Assembly (NCBI RefSeq): GCF_001194135.2
Contig: NC_069003.1
Location: 6,767,506-6,803,900, forward strand
DNA length: 36,395 bases
From: Octopus bimaculoides
Taxonomy: Eukaryota
Direction of reading: 5' to 3'
The position numbers and the translations under genes are program-made. Of the stretch, positions 1 through 10,696 are shown piece by piece (within the stretch, counting starts at the first letter, position 1; every line of letters starts with the position of its first letter). The notes under the pieces are model-generated. The model ran no database searches and was not told the DNA's origin. It saw only the letters and a list, made by a program, of their open reading frames with translations.

Positions 1-428
1 ATATATATATATATATATCCTGTTTGTGTGAGACATTTTTTCTATTAACATTTACCTATTTTTAACATAAATGACAGTAACAACAGCAATAATAATAATA
101 GTAATAATAATAATAATGATAATAATAAGCGACACCCATGGGAATCGTGAATCTAATCCGATTGCACCCGAAATTGTCACAAAAGGCAAATGGCGTCGTA
201 AAATCGGAAGCACTGCTTGTGCCATTTACACACTGGTACACATTGATACGAAGATAGACAAACACATACAGAAGCAATAACCGTTTACACACACACACAC
301 ACGCACACACAGACACAAGTACACACACACACAAGTACACATACACACGTATTCGCTCTTTCAAATACTGACAAATGAAAATTTTTTAATGAATTTCTAC
401 ATAAGTACCACGCTTAAAATAAAATACG

Positions 429-520
429 TACTGGATAGATTCGTTCGGTTAAAAGTTCTTCAAGGCGGTGCCCCAGCATGGCCGCGGTCTAATGATTGAA
501 ACAAGTAAAAGATTAAGATA
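429..520 (+). mobile_element. SINE-A 3' tail fragment
   Basis: caaggcggtgccccagcatggccgcggtctaatgattgaaacaagtaaaag matches the tails of the full SINE-A copies at 16590-16936 and 34759-35194. Confidence 0.8.
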
Positions 521-525
521 CTTTT

Positions 526-729
526 AATAACGGTTTCAGGTTTTGACGCAAGCCCATCAATTTCGGGAACGTGGGTAAGTCGGTTGTGTCGACCCGTCCT
601 CATCTTGAAAGGATGAAAGGCAAAGTTGACCTCGGCGGAATTTAAAATCAGATACTTTTAATATTGGTTTCAAATTTTAGCACAAGTCCAGCAAGTTTAG
701 GGAAGGGTCAACTGGTACTTATTTGATCG
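526..729 (-). mobile_element. Two SINE-B fragments
   Basis: aaggatgaaaggcaaagttgacctcggcggaattt (core plus B-box, antisense), then a second tail ggtttcaaattttagcacaag...ctggtacttattt running into a gap. Confidence 0.8.
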
Positions 730-1183
730 NNNNNNNNNNNNNNNNNNNNNNNNNNNNNNNNNNNNNNNNNNNNNNNNNNNNNNNNNNNNNNNNNNNNNNN
801 NNNNNNNNNNNNNNNNNNNNNNNNNNNNNNNNNNNNNNNNNNNNNNNNNNNNNNNNNNNNNNNNNNNNNNNNNNNNNNNNNNNNNNNNNNNNNNNNNNNN
901 NNNNNNNNNNNNNNNNNNNNNNNNNNNNNNNNNNNNNNNNNNNNNNNNNNNNNNNNNNNNNNNNNNNNNNNNNNNNNNNNNNNNNNNNNNNNNNNNNNNN
1001 NNNNNNNNNNNNNNNNNNNNNNNNNNNNNNNNNNNNNNNNNNNNNNNNNNNNNNNNNNNNNNNNNNNNNNNNNNNNNNNNNNNNNNNNNNNNNNNNNNNN
1101 NNNNNNNNNNNNNNNNNNNNNNNNNNNNNNNNNNNNNNNNNNNNNNNNNNNNNNNNNNNNNNNNNNNNNNNNNNNNNNNNNNG

Positions 1184-1214
<31 letters not shown>

Positions 1215-1604
1215 TTGCTCTGTATATTATACATTTCAACAATACAGATCAACAAGATAAATAACCAGGAGCAACAAAGCTTCTATTGTTCAACAACGTC
1301 ACCGCATTAAACTGGTTCATTATTCAAGCGTTGAACCTCTGAAAAAATATCTGACTTTTTTTTTTCTCCAACAGTTTTACGGAGTTCATCAAATGCTATT
1401 TAACCGCTTCTATTCAGTTTTGTGAGAATTCTAAGCATTCAAGGTTAGTGTGTTGGTATTTGGTTACCTAAATTAACTTTAACTGTGCTTTTACATTTTA
1501 TCCGATTACGCTGTTAGATTCACAGTAACATGTCCAAAAAAAAAAGGTGTTTTGTTTTGTTGTTGTTTTTCGTTTTTGTTTTTGCGTATTTTATAATTAT
1601 AAGC

Positions 1605-1984
1605 TTTTATCTTTTACCTGTTTCGGTCATTAGACTGCGACCATGTTGGGGGCCCCGTCTTGAATTTTAAGTCGAATAAATCTCCCCCAGTACTTATTTT
1701 TTAAACTTCGTACTTATTCTATCAGTCTCTTTTGCCGAACTGCTAGGTTAGGAGATGTAAACACACCAACACTGGTTGTCTAATAGTGATGGACACACAC
1801 ACACACACATGTACGTACGACAGGCTTCTTTCAGTTTCCGTCTACCAAATCCCATGACAAGGATTTGGTCGGCCCGAGGCTATAGTAGAAGACACTTCCC
1901 CCAAGGTGTCATGCAGTGGGACTGAACCTAGAACCATGTGGTTGGGGAGCAAGCTTTGTACCACACAGCCATTCCTGCGCCTAT
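1605..1984 (-). mobile_element. SINE-A, full length (tRNA head, CORE-like ccttgggcaagt segment, CA/TA linker, tail)
   Basis: Colinear with the copies at 21328-21697, 30525-30832, 33700-34095 and 34759-35194. The CORE-SINE resemblance is from memory of the MIR core. Confidence 0.9.
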
Positions 1985-2125
1985 GTAAAAAGAAAGAAAG
2001 TTTATGTCCCAATTAATTTGATTTTTGTATGATTGATTGATTATAAATACGCAGACGGAGGTAGATAGATAGAAAGAAACAGAGAGGGAAAGGGAGAAGT
2101 GTGTTTCTGGGATGGGGATAGGGAT

Positions 2126-2424
2126 GGTGGCTATGTGGTAAGAAGTTTGCTTCCCAACCACAGGGTTCCCAGTTCGGGTTGGCCGGGTGTCTTCTATTTT
2201 ATCATCGAACCGACCAAAGCTTCGTGTCTGAATGTGGTGAGACGGAAATCAAAAGAACCCCGTCGTGTGCGGCTGTCTGGTAAGAAGCTACCTTCCCAAC
2301 AACACGGTTTTAAGTTCAGTCCCACTGCGTGGCATCTTGGGCAGGTGTCTTCTACTATAGCCACGGGCCGACCAAAGCCTTGTGAGTGGATTTGGTAGAC
2401 GGAAACTGAAGGAAGCCCATCGTA
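2126..2424 (+). mobile_element. Two tandem SINE-A heads
   Basis: gtggtaagaag(t/c)tt...cccaac heads at ~2126 and ~2271, each ending gacggaaa..aa.gaa.ccc.tcgt. Confidence 0.85.
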
Positions 2425-3436
2425 TTCTTTTATTCTTTTCTTTGTCATTTGACTGNNNNNNNNNNNNNNNNNNNNNNNNNNNNNNNNNNNNNNNNNNNNN
2501 NNNNNNNNNNNNNNNNNNNNNNNNNNNNNNNNNNNNNNNNNNNNNNNNNNNNNNNNNNNNNNNNNNNNNNNNNNNNNNNNNNNNNNNNNNNNNNNNNNNN
2601 NNNNNNNNNNNNNNNNNNNNNNNNNNNNNNNNNNNNNNNNNNNNNNNNNNNNNNNNNNNNNNNNNNNNNNNNNNNNNNNNNNNNNNNNNNNNNNNNNNNN
2701 NNNNNNNNNNNNNNNNNNNNNNNNNNNNNNNNNNNNNNNNNNNNNNNNNNNNNNNNNNNNNNNNNNNNNNNNNNNNNNNNNNNNNNNNNNNNNNNNNNNN
2801 NNNNNNNNNNNNNNNNNNNNNNNNNNNNNNNNNNNNNNNNNNNNNNNNNNNNNNNNNNNNNNNNNNNNNNNNNNNNNNNNNNNNNNNNNNNNNNNNNNNN
2901 NNNNNNNNNNNNNNNNNNNNNNNNNNNNNNNNNNNNNNNNNNNNNNNNNNNNNNNNNNNNNNNNNNNNNNNNNNNNNNNNNNNNNNNNNNNNNNNNNNNN
3001 NNNNNNNNNNNNNNNNNNNNNNNNNNNNNNNNNNNNNNNNNNNNNNNNNNNNNNNNNNNNNNNNNNNNNNNNNNNNNNNNNNNNNNNNNNNNNNNNNNNN
3101 NNNNNNNNNNNNNNNNNNNNNNNNNNNNNNNNNNNNNNNNNNNNNNNNNNNNNNNNNNNNNNNNNNNNNNNNNNNNNNNNNNNNNNNNNNNNNNNNNNNN
3201 NNNNNNNNNNNNNNNNNNNNNNNNNNNNNNNNNNNNNNNNNNNNNNNNNNNNNNNNNNNNNNNNNNNNNNNNNNNNNNNNNNNNNNNNNNNNNNNNNNNN
3301 NNNNNNNNNNNNNNNNNNNNAATATAAATAAAACATAAAAAACAGACAGTGTTGGAACTCTTTTAAACAAAATAATATATTCCTCTATACACAATCATAC
3401 AAAAAAACCACCTTTTTTGTATTTATTTTTACTCGC

Positions 3437-3478
<42 letters not shown>

Positions 3479-3660
3479 GGGAGAATATACAAAAAATAAC
3501 AAGACGAGGACAGGTGGTGTAAATAACAAAAGTATATATTAGTATGACGCTCGGGAATACGGAAAGTCTTTGACGTTTCGAGCTACGCTCTTCAACAGAA
3601 AGAATACGGAGACAAGGAGAAAAACACGGAGAAAAAAAATTGAATAGTGTTCAGTCAACG
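3479..3660 (-). mobile_element. Penelope-like/retrozyme-type non-autonomous fragment carrying a minimal hammerhead
   Basis: Contains the hammerhead fold at 3567-3603 and a terminal motif shared with the hammerhead element at 31352-31389. Boundaries approximate. Confidence 0.5.
3567..3603 (-). ncRNA. Minimal type I hammerhead ribozyme motif (A6U core variant)
   Basis: Minus strand reads TCTTT-CTGTTGA-A-GAGC-GTA-GCTC-GAAAC-GTC^AAAGA: 5-bp stem I, 4-bp stem II, palindromic ACGT in place of stem III. Confidence 0.65.
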
Positions 3661-4221
3661 GTCAAAATGTGTGTATGAATATATGCTTCTATAATGTTAA
3701 TTCAATATTTAAAAAAATGGTATTTGTCGTTTTTTCTTGATTATGGCGCAAGGGAGACGTTCCACTCTTGGAGAAAAATGACAATGATTTTCTTTTTCAT
3801 GTTGTCATGCCTGCTCCAACATTTTTTTGTAAATAATTTTAATCTTAGAATTGTTAAGATTTATCGAAAGAACGCGTGAGCGTTCCTGTTGTTCCTTATA
3901 GAAGTTTTAAAAAAAACGGAAATTGTTCAATGATATAAGGGCCTCTGTTCTTATTGTTTGGCCTGTCCACCCGTTCTTCTATCCATTTTCGCTGCCCACT
4001 ATTCCTGGGAGAATTGTAGAGGAAAAGTCCCAGGTACTTCATCCATAGGGTCCTATGAAACAACCGTCATTACACTATCCTGATCGATTCCCAGGCGTGA
4101 CCGACTGAAACTGGATATTATCCAACCTTCTCATTCATGGCCTGTTCACAAGATCGTCAGCCAGTTGGTGCAGCTTGAGGAATCTGTCTTACGATCCTTA
4201 TCCGCAACTTTCTAACCACAT

Positions 4222-4272
4222 CGAATATAAGCGGCCGAAATGAGGTTCCTCCAAAGGATCTCTGGAACAACT
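4222..4272 (+). pseudogene. Short RTE-clade LINE RT C-terminal remnant
   Basis: Translates RI*AAEMRFLQRISGTT, matching the RIQAAEMxFLRRxxG motif of RTE elements, with one in-frame stop. Very short. Confidence 0.5.
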
Positions 4273-4651
4273 TTTTTTCAGTAGAGTTACTTACCAGTCT
4301 TGGGGGACATGGAAAGATTATAGAGGCAGTGTACCTTTCTCCAGACTCTGGCATTTTAGTCAAAAACTAAAGCCCTCCAACCTCTGACCCACAAGTGCGC
4401 TATTTCCTCTCTCTTTTCAATGGCTAACTCTAATGGCTCCCTTCTGCAGAGCCGGTTGTTCTTGTACCCCTACCGCCCAGACATTCCCGTTCTAATCGTC
4501 TTTCCACCTTTCGTCATATTTGGTGCATCAAAACCCCCTCAGCTTCGCACTAACCACTAAAGCTAATACCCTCTCCTCACTAGATCGTCTCTCTGGAATT
4601 TTCTCCCAACCCATATCTCTTCTGCTGTTGTTGACCTGCGACGGTCCAAAC

Positions 4652-4979
4652 TAGTGTTTCTCAGTTGAGGTCCATATAAGATTTACAGCGGTCCAACCAA
4701 GCAAAATGGTATATTGAAGATCTATGGTCCATGAAAAAAAATTTGCTTTACATATTTATTAGAAGAAACGAGTTTCTTTCTCTAAAATTTTACATAGTTC
4801 ATGTCCCCGGTCCTCGAAATATGTTCCCTCAGAAAGTGCTTAGCAAGCCAATACAAGTGAACAGGGGGAAAACAAAACAGAAATATAAAACTAGCTTTTA
4901 AGCATCGAATGGTATGGGGTCCACTAGAGTTAAACGGTAATCAAAGAGGATCCATAGGTCAAAAATGGTGAGAACATTA
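4652..4979. mobile_element. Decayed hAT-type MITE
   Basis: Degenerate TIRs tagtgtttctca / tgagaacatta. The right subterminal cataggtcaaaaatggtgagaac resembles the right end of the MITE at 29490-29684. Confidence 0.4.
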
Positions 4980-5991
4980 AGGTACCAGTCTTAAAGGACC
5001 TGGAAAGAGCATGAACATTGTCCCTTGCTCTGGACTCAAATAAAAAATAAATCCATACCACACATCTTCCATTTTCAAACGTAACCTCTTAACATACACA
5101 TTTTTTTTTTTGATTGGCATGCAAAAAAAAAATTTTTTCTTAATTATTTATTTTGAATCTGTAAATAAGGAAGAATAAGTACACAAATTATTTTGGATCA
5201 GTTTATGATTTATTAGGAAGTTACTGGTAGAAATTCTAGTTGCTGATAGTTGATATTAAAAAATCAGGAATAACATAATTAACGAAGTATTTTGGGTTAG
5301 AAATAAGTGACAAATATCCTCAGAGTACACTGAATGTATATTTTCCTTCAAATATATATATTTACTAGACATTTCTAAACGAAAATATACGGGGAGTAAT
5401 ATGTTTAGAGATTAAATGACGTTTTCAACATGGCTGCTGTAAACGTTATTTAATTCGTATCGGCAATTTTACAATCTGCAAAAACACATGAGGCAGCCAT
5501 AACATGATGTTCGTACAAAAAACAAAAATAACACTCGTGTTTTCATCTACGCTGAAATTATTCCAATATTCGTTGTTGTCTTCCATATTTGAATTGTCGA
5601 CAATAAACATGTCGACCATTTTTGAAAATTATCATTAAAAAAAAACCCACGTGTCAACGACCATGTTGAATAAAAACAATAGTCGTAGCGTCCATATTGG
5701 TATTGTCTCAACACTCGTGTGGTTTATATTGTTCCCAGAACAAAACTCGTGAATGCAGTATTGAATTCTTTGCATTTTTTATCGTTGTCATTGTTTAAAA
5801 GAAACACAAATAATGGCACAGTTTTTATATTTTTTGTGTTTTCTTTTCATGTTCATGCATAAAGGTGCGTGTGTGTTTGTGTGTCTGTGCTTTTATCTGT
5901 CTACTTGCCAATCTCTTGGCTTTGATTTAAATGTGTTACGGTATACATATCCGTGTAAGAATATATATATGAATGTGCGTGTGGTGAAGGT

Positions 5992-6247
5992 GGAGGCGCG
6001 TGGTCAAGTGGTTAGGCTGTTGCACTTCACGATCACTGGATCGTGGATTCCATTCCTACACTGGGTGGGACGTTGGGTTCTCGAGCAATAAACCTTATTT
6101 CATGTTGCTCCAGTCCTCCTTTCGATCAGGGGAGGAATGTTGACCTGCTCGCCGAGCCAGCGGGTTGGTATCATTCGAAGGGTAAAACGATACAAATCGC
6201 ATTGTGACCAGCGATGTGCAACATGATAGCCTGGTCCGTCACATGAT
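5992..6247 (+). mobile_element. tRNA-derived SINE (family F: D-like head, different tail)
   Basis: ggcgcgtggtcaagtggttagg A-box head and the segment ctcgagcaa...ttcatgttgctccagtcc shared with SINE-D. Ends in (TA)n. Confidence 0.65.
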
Positions 6248-6549
6248 TATATATATATATANNNNNNNNNNNNNNNNNNNNNNNNNNNNNNNNNNNNNNN
6301 NNNNNNNNNNNNNNNNNNNNNNNNNNNNNNNNNNNNNNNNNNNNNNNNNNNNNNNNNNNNNNNNNNNNNNNNNNNNNNNNNNNNNNNNNNNNNNNNNNNN
6401 NNNNNNNNNNNNNNNNNNNNNNNNNNNNNNNNNNNNNNNNNNNNNNNNNNNNNNNNNNNNNNNNNNNNNNNNNNNNNNNNNNNNNNNNNNNNNNNNNNNN
6501 NNNNNNNNNNNNNNNNNNNNNNNNNNNNNNNNNNNNNNNNNNNNNNNNN

Positions 6550-6584
<35 letters not shown>

Positions 6585-6669
6585 AGAGAGAGACACACAC
6601 ACACATATGCACACATACTGGAATGGAATGAACGGTATTCTTTATTTAAAATTCACTACAATTGTTTCG

Positions 6670-7000
6670 ATGGCCATGGTGATGTTCATGATTCTATTGA
6701 TGGTGGTGGTGGTGGTGGTGATAGCAGTGATGTCGGGGGGGATCGTAAANNNNNNNNNNATGGTGGTGGTGGTGGTGGTGATAGCAGTGATGTCGGGGGG
6801 GATCGTAAAGATGACCATGATGGTGGTGGTAACAATGAAATGTGTGTGGGTGTCGCATAATGAACATGGAAGGGTCTTTGTTGCCTCCGTTGAACGGGGG
6901 AAGTGGTGGGAGCAGGGGTGACAGTAAGAGTAAAGATGAGGAGAAGGAGGAGGTGCTGTGAGGGTGGTGGTGGTACAAAGTGTGTGGAGGGGGCGGGGTG
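6670..7000. repeat. GGT/GAT/GGA low-complexity tract
   Basis: Runs of tggtggtgg, gatga and gagga. Contains a 10-N gap. Confidence 0.8.
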
Positions 7001-7019
7001 ATGTACTGTTATGTATATC

Positions 7020-7034
7020 TAATAGTTATGCACA

Positions 7035-7065
<31 letters not shown>

Positions 7066-7530
7066 TTGGGTGTGGGAAGAGGTCTGCGAGTGATGTAGAG
7101 AATTCAAACGCGTGTGTGTTGAAATGCGTGTATATGATATAGTGTGTGTGTGTGTGTGTGTGTAGATGGGAATGTGTGTGTGTGTAGAGCATGACAGTAA
7201 TGACAAACATGAGAAACCGAACGACAGTAACAAAACGGTGGAAACTAATAAGGGGGGGAGAGGGAGAACTAGAGAAATATGTGTGCGCACGTGTGTGTGC
7301 ACGTGTGTGTAGGCATGTGTGTGTGTGTACGTATATATATGCGTGCACGTATGTGTGTGCACGCATGTGTGTGCATGTATATATGTGTGTATGAGTGCAT
7401 ATGTATGCATGTTTGTGTGTATATATATATATATATATCTAATATATATATACACGTGAGTATATATTCATATGCTTGTGTGTGTATGTGTATAGATATG
7501 TGTACGTAGATATATGCTTGTGTATGTATA
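7020..7530. repeat. Compound (TG)n/(TA)n/(CA)n microsatellite field
   Basis: Direct inspection. Confidence 0.9.
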
Positions 7531-7535
7531 TCTTT

Positions 7536-7794
7536 AAGAAAAAGTGGAAGTGGATTGGTAGCACAATTAGAAAGAACACACCAAATGCAGCGAAAAGTGC
7601 TTTACATTGTTATCCGGGTGGATATAGAAAGAGGGGTAGGCCTAAGAACTCGTGGCGTAGATCAACACAAAAGGAACTAGAGAAAGGGGGACATTCATGG
7701 CAGAGTATAAGTGCAAAAGTGAAAAATTATGCGACATGGAATTCAATTATAAGTGGCCTATACTCCGCGTTGGAGGGTTAAAGGCAAGAAAAAA
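7536..7794 (+). mobile_element. 5'-truncated RTE-clade LINE 3' end
   Basis: Open frame KKKWKWIGSTIRK...ALHCYPGGYRKRGRPKNSWRRSTQKELEKGGHSWQ...WNSIISGLYSALEG* matches the RTE C-terminal WIGH...GKRKRGRPKxTWRR pattern. Short A-rich tail follows. Confidence 0.85.
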
Positions 7795-8325
7795 TATATA
7801 TATATATATATATATGCTTATGTGTGTAGATATGTGTAGATAGACCTATGCTTGTGTATGTATCTATATAAAATTTGTATATGTGAATGTAAATATATTC
7901 ATATGCCTCTCTGTATGAGTAAAGATATGTATGTGTATTCAAAGCCGACGAAACGTTAATTACAGGAGGTTGGTGACAACTTGGAATTTATAAATGTTGG
8001 CTGAAGGAAGGTGAAACAGATGCAGAGAGGGCGGGCGGGTTTTGACTTGTTGCTTGTTTCGGCTCCTTAATTGACGAGGCTAAGTAGATGATAGATGTGA
8101 CTTGGGACCAGCTAAGCGATACCAATAACCTGATATTAGAACTTAGTAGACATATGTTTCAAAATTAAGTGTTAGTCGAGTATAGAGCGTAAATATGGAA
8201 TTAATTGACAAAGGAACAAGAAATTGTGTCATGGACCTCATTAGCTTACAGTTGTTTCTGCTATGAGATGCAATGCGCTCGACGTTTGGTGCTTGTGCAT
8301 ATTTTCGACGGTGATTTTTTTTCAC

Positions 8326-8496
8326 TAGGTGCAGGTGTGGATGCGTGGTAAAGAAGTTTGTTTCCCAACCACATGGTTCCGGACTAAGTTCCACTGCGTG
8401 GCACCTTGGGCAAGTGTTTACTATAGCCTCGGACCGACCAAAGCCTTGTCATTGGATTTCGTAAACGGAAACTGAAAGAAGCCTGTTCTGTGTGTG
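8326..8496 (+). mobile_element. SINE-A head
   Basis: ccactgcgtggcaccttgggcaagtg...cggaaactgaaagaagcctg. Confidence 0.9.
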
Positions 8497-9369
8497 TGTA
8501 CACACACAGAACAGGCTTCTTTCAGGCAATCCGTAGTAAATATAAAAACATGATGACTGAAACAAGTGAAAGCTTATATATATATATATTCCCAAGATGT
8601 GTATTTTAGAAGCTCCGGGGAAGCTGTAAAGTTGACGATACACAAGCACTCAGCTCTGAGCGCACTGCATCTTACAGCAGAAACGTCTTATTGCAGAAAA
8701 TGAGGTTTAGAGGACGAGGGAATTATAGAAAACATGAAGAAATTGTAAGATTGAGAGATGGTGACAGATTTTAATTGGGGGAAATGTAGATAGAGAATAG
8801 AGATATAATGATGTGACTGGAGGTAAAAGACTATGTTTATATAGTGTTTATATAAATTGATAAATAATAGAAAACAGAATGAACGACATTCTTTATGTGA
8901 AAATCACTACAATTGTTTCAACACATTTTTACACCGTTAGTACATTGGTGAGATGTTGTGTAAGCATTATCATACATCCATGATGTACAATGCGCCTCCT
9001 CAGCTGATTGTTTAAATAAGTCGTTCACTGGATTCTCTTATTTCATCCAGTGTGAGAATGCATACCTAAAGTGAGGTCATTTTCAACAGTATGCAGACAA
9101 AACCTGCCAGTACAGTTATATCTTGTGTGCTGTTAAATGTACAACTATTTGAGTTAGAGCTCCACGTAGATTATCGTTATCCGGATAGCTTCCAGTATAG
9201 TGGTTAATCTGCTACTGTACTTAGCATTGTTACTAGTTCTACAGACCATATGTATGGAAGAATTAAGATGAGCGTAGAATGCAATAGAATCCAATAAAAC
9301 GTTCCTTGGTGATCCAATTGCGGTTAAGCATAATCTGTAGTTGGAACGTCCATTGATGTGTTCAACAGG

Positions 9370-9430
9370 TAATCTACTTACCCCGTCCCACGAAATTACT
9401 AGCCTTGTGCCAAAATTTAAAATCAATATT
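9370..9430 (+). mobile_element. SINE-B tail fragment
   Basis: gtaatctacttacccc...gccttgtgccaaaatttaaaatcaatatt matches the tail at ~18920-18980. Confidence 0.6.
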
Positions 9431-9469
9431 TCTAGACTTGCACTTTACACTTTTTTTTCTTTTATAAAT

Positions 9470-9503
9470 GTTTCCTTCCTTCCTTCCTTCCTTCCTTCCA
9501 CTC

Positions 9504-9547
<44 letters not shown>

Positions 9548-9682
9548 CTACTCACACATTCTCTCCCTCTCTGCAAAATCTCTATTCCTCCCACTCTTTT
9601 AAAAGTCTCTCTCTTATCTCCCCCTTAGTGTCCTTACTTTTTCTTCCCACAGTCCCTCCGCCCACTTTTCCACTTTAGTCAA

Positions 9683-9716
<34 letters not shown>

Positions 9717-10143
9717 CTCATACCACAACTCTCTTTTTCTCTCGTATCTCTTCTCAATTCCTAATCCCTTCCCCTCCAACTCTCATCTTTTCTATCTCAC
9801 TACTATACTCTCTTGTGTGTCTTCTCGCACAACTGCCTCTCTTTCTCCCTCTCTCATTGACTCTTTTCTCCCCTTTTGCTCTCTCTCTCTTTCTCTCGAC
9901 CTCTATTTCTCTCTCTCTCTTTGTTTCTCCTCTCTTCCTCTCTTCTCTCTCTCTCCCCTTTCCCTCTTTCTCTCCCCTTTTTCTCTCGCTGTCTCTCGCC
10001 GTCTCTCTCCCCTTTTTCTTTCCCCGTCTCTCTCCCTCTTCTCGCCCTCACTCCCTCCCCCCTCTTCTAGCTCTCACTCTCTCCCCCTCTTCTCTCTCTC
10101 TCCCTCTTCTCTCTCTCTCCCCCTCTTCTCTCTCTCTCTCTCG
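9470..10143. repeat. Polypyrimidine (CT)n/(CCTT)n tract, ~670 bp
   Basis: Nearly purine-free on the + strand, especially 9830-10143. Confidence 0.9.
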
Positions 10144-10650
10144 AAAGGGTTAGGTATTTTAGTGCTATCGGTAATTTCCTAATTAAACTCCATTTATGCA
10201 ATCAACTAATCGACTTCCTTGATATCTTAATAGCGTCTGTCGTATTCTTTGATTCTTTTCTACTCATTTCCCATAANNNNNNNNNNNNNNNNNNNNNNNN
10301 NNNNNNNNNNNNNNNNNNNNNNNNNNNNNNNNNNNNNNNNNNNNNNNNNNNNNNNNNNNNNNNNNNNNNNNNNNNNNNNNNNNNNNNNNNNNNNNNNNNN
10401 NNNNNNNNNNNNNNNNNNNNNNNNNNNNNNNNNNNNNNNNNNNNNNNNNNNNNNNNNNNNNNNNNNNNNNNNNNNNNNNNNNNNNNNNNNNNNNNNNNNN
10501 NNNNNNNNNNNNNNNNNNNNNNNNNNNNNNNNNNNNNNNNNNNNNNNNNNNNNNNNNNNNNNNNNNNNNNNNNNACTGTATTGTCACTTACTACAAACAG
10601 TAGCACAATATCATTCATATCACAACATGCTGTCTTATAAAAGGAACATA

Positions 10651-10696
10651 CAAAGCCGTGTTAGTGGATTTGGTAGACGGAAACTGAAAGAAGCCT
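10651..10696 (+). mobile_element. SINE-A fragment
   Basis: gtggatttggtagacggaaactgaaagaagcctg. Confidence 0.8.

Noticed and set aside
697-3394. Long ORFs spanning N runs (also at 6.2, 10.2, 17.5, 22.0, 23.3 and 32.4 kb)
   Set aside because: Their length comes from untranslatable gap characters.
3900-4650. Possible retroelement remnant (minus-strand MKYLGLF and CRREPLEL)
   Set aside because: Isolated short words without ordered flanking motifs. Left unassigned.
6700-6809. Exact 50-bp duplication around a 10-N gap
   Set aside because: Typical unmerged contig overlap.
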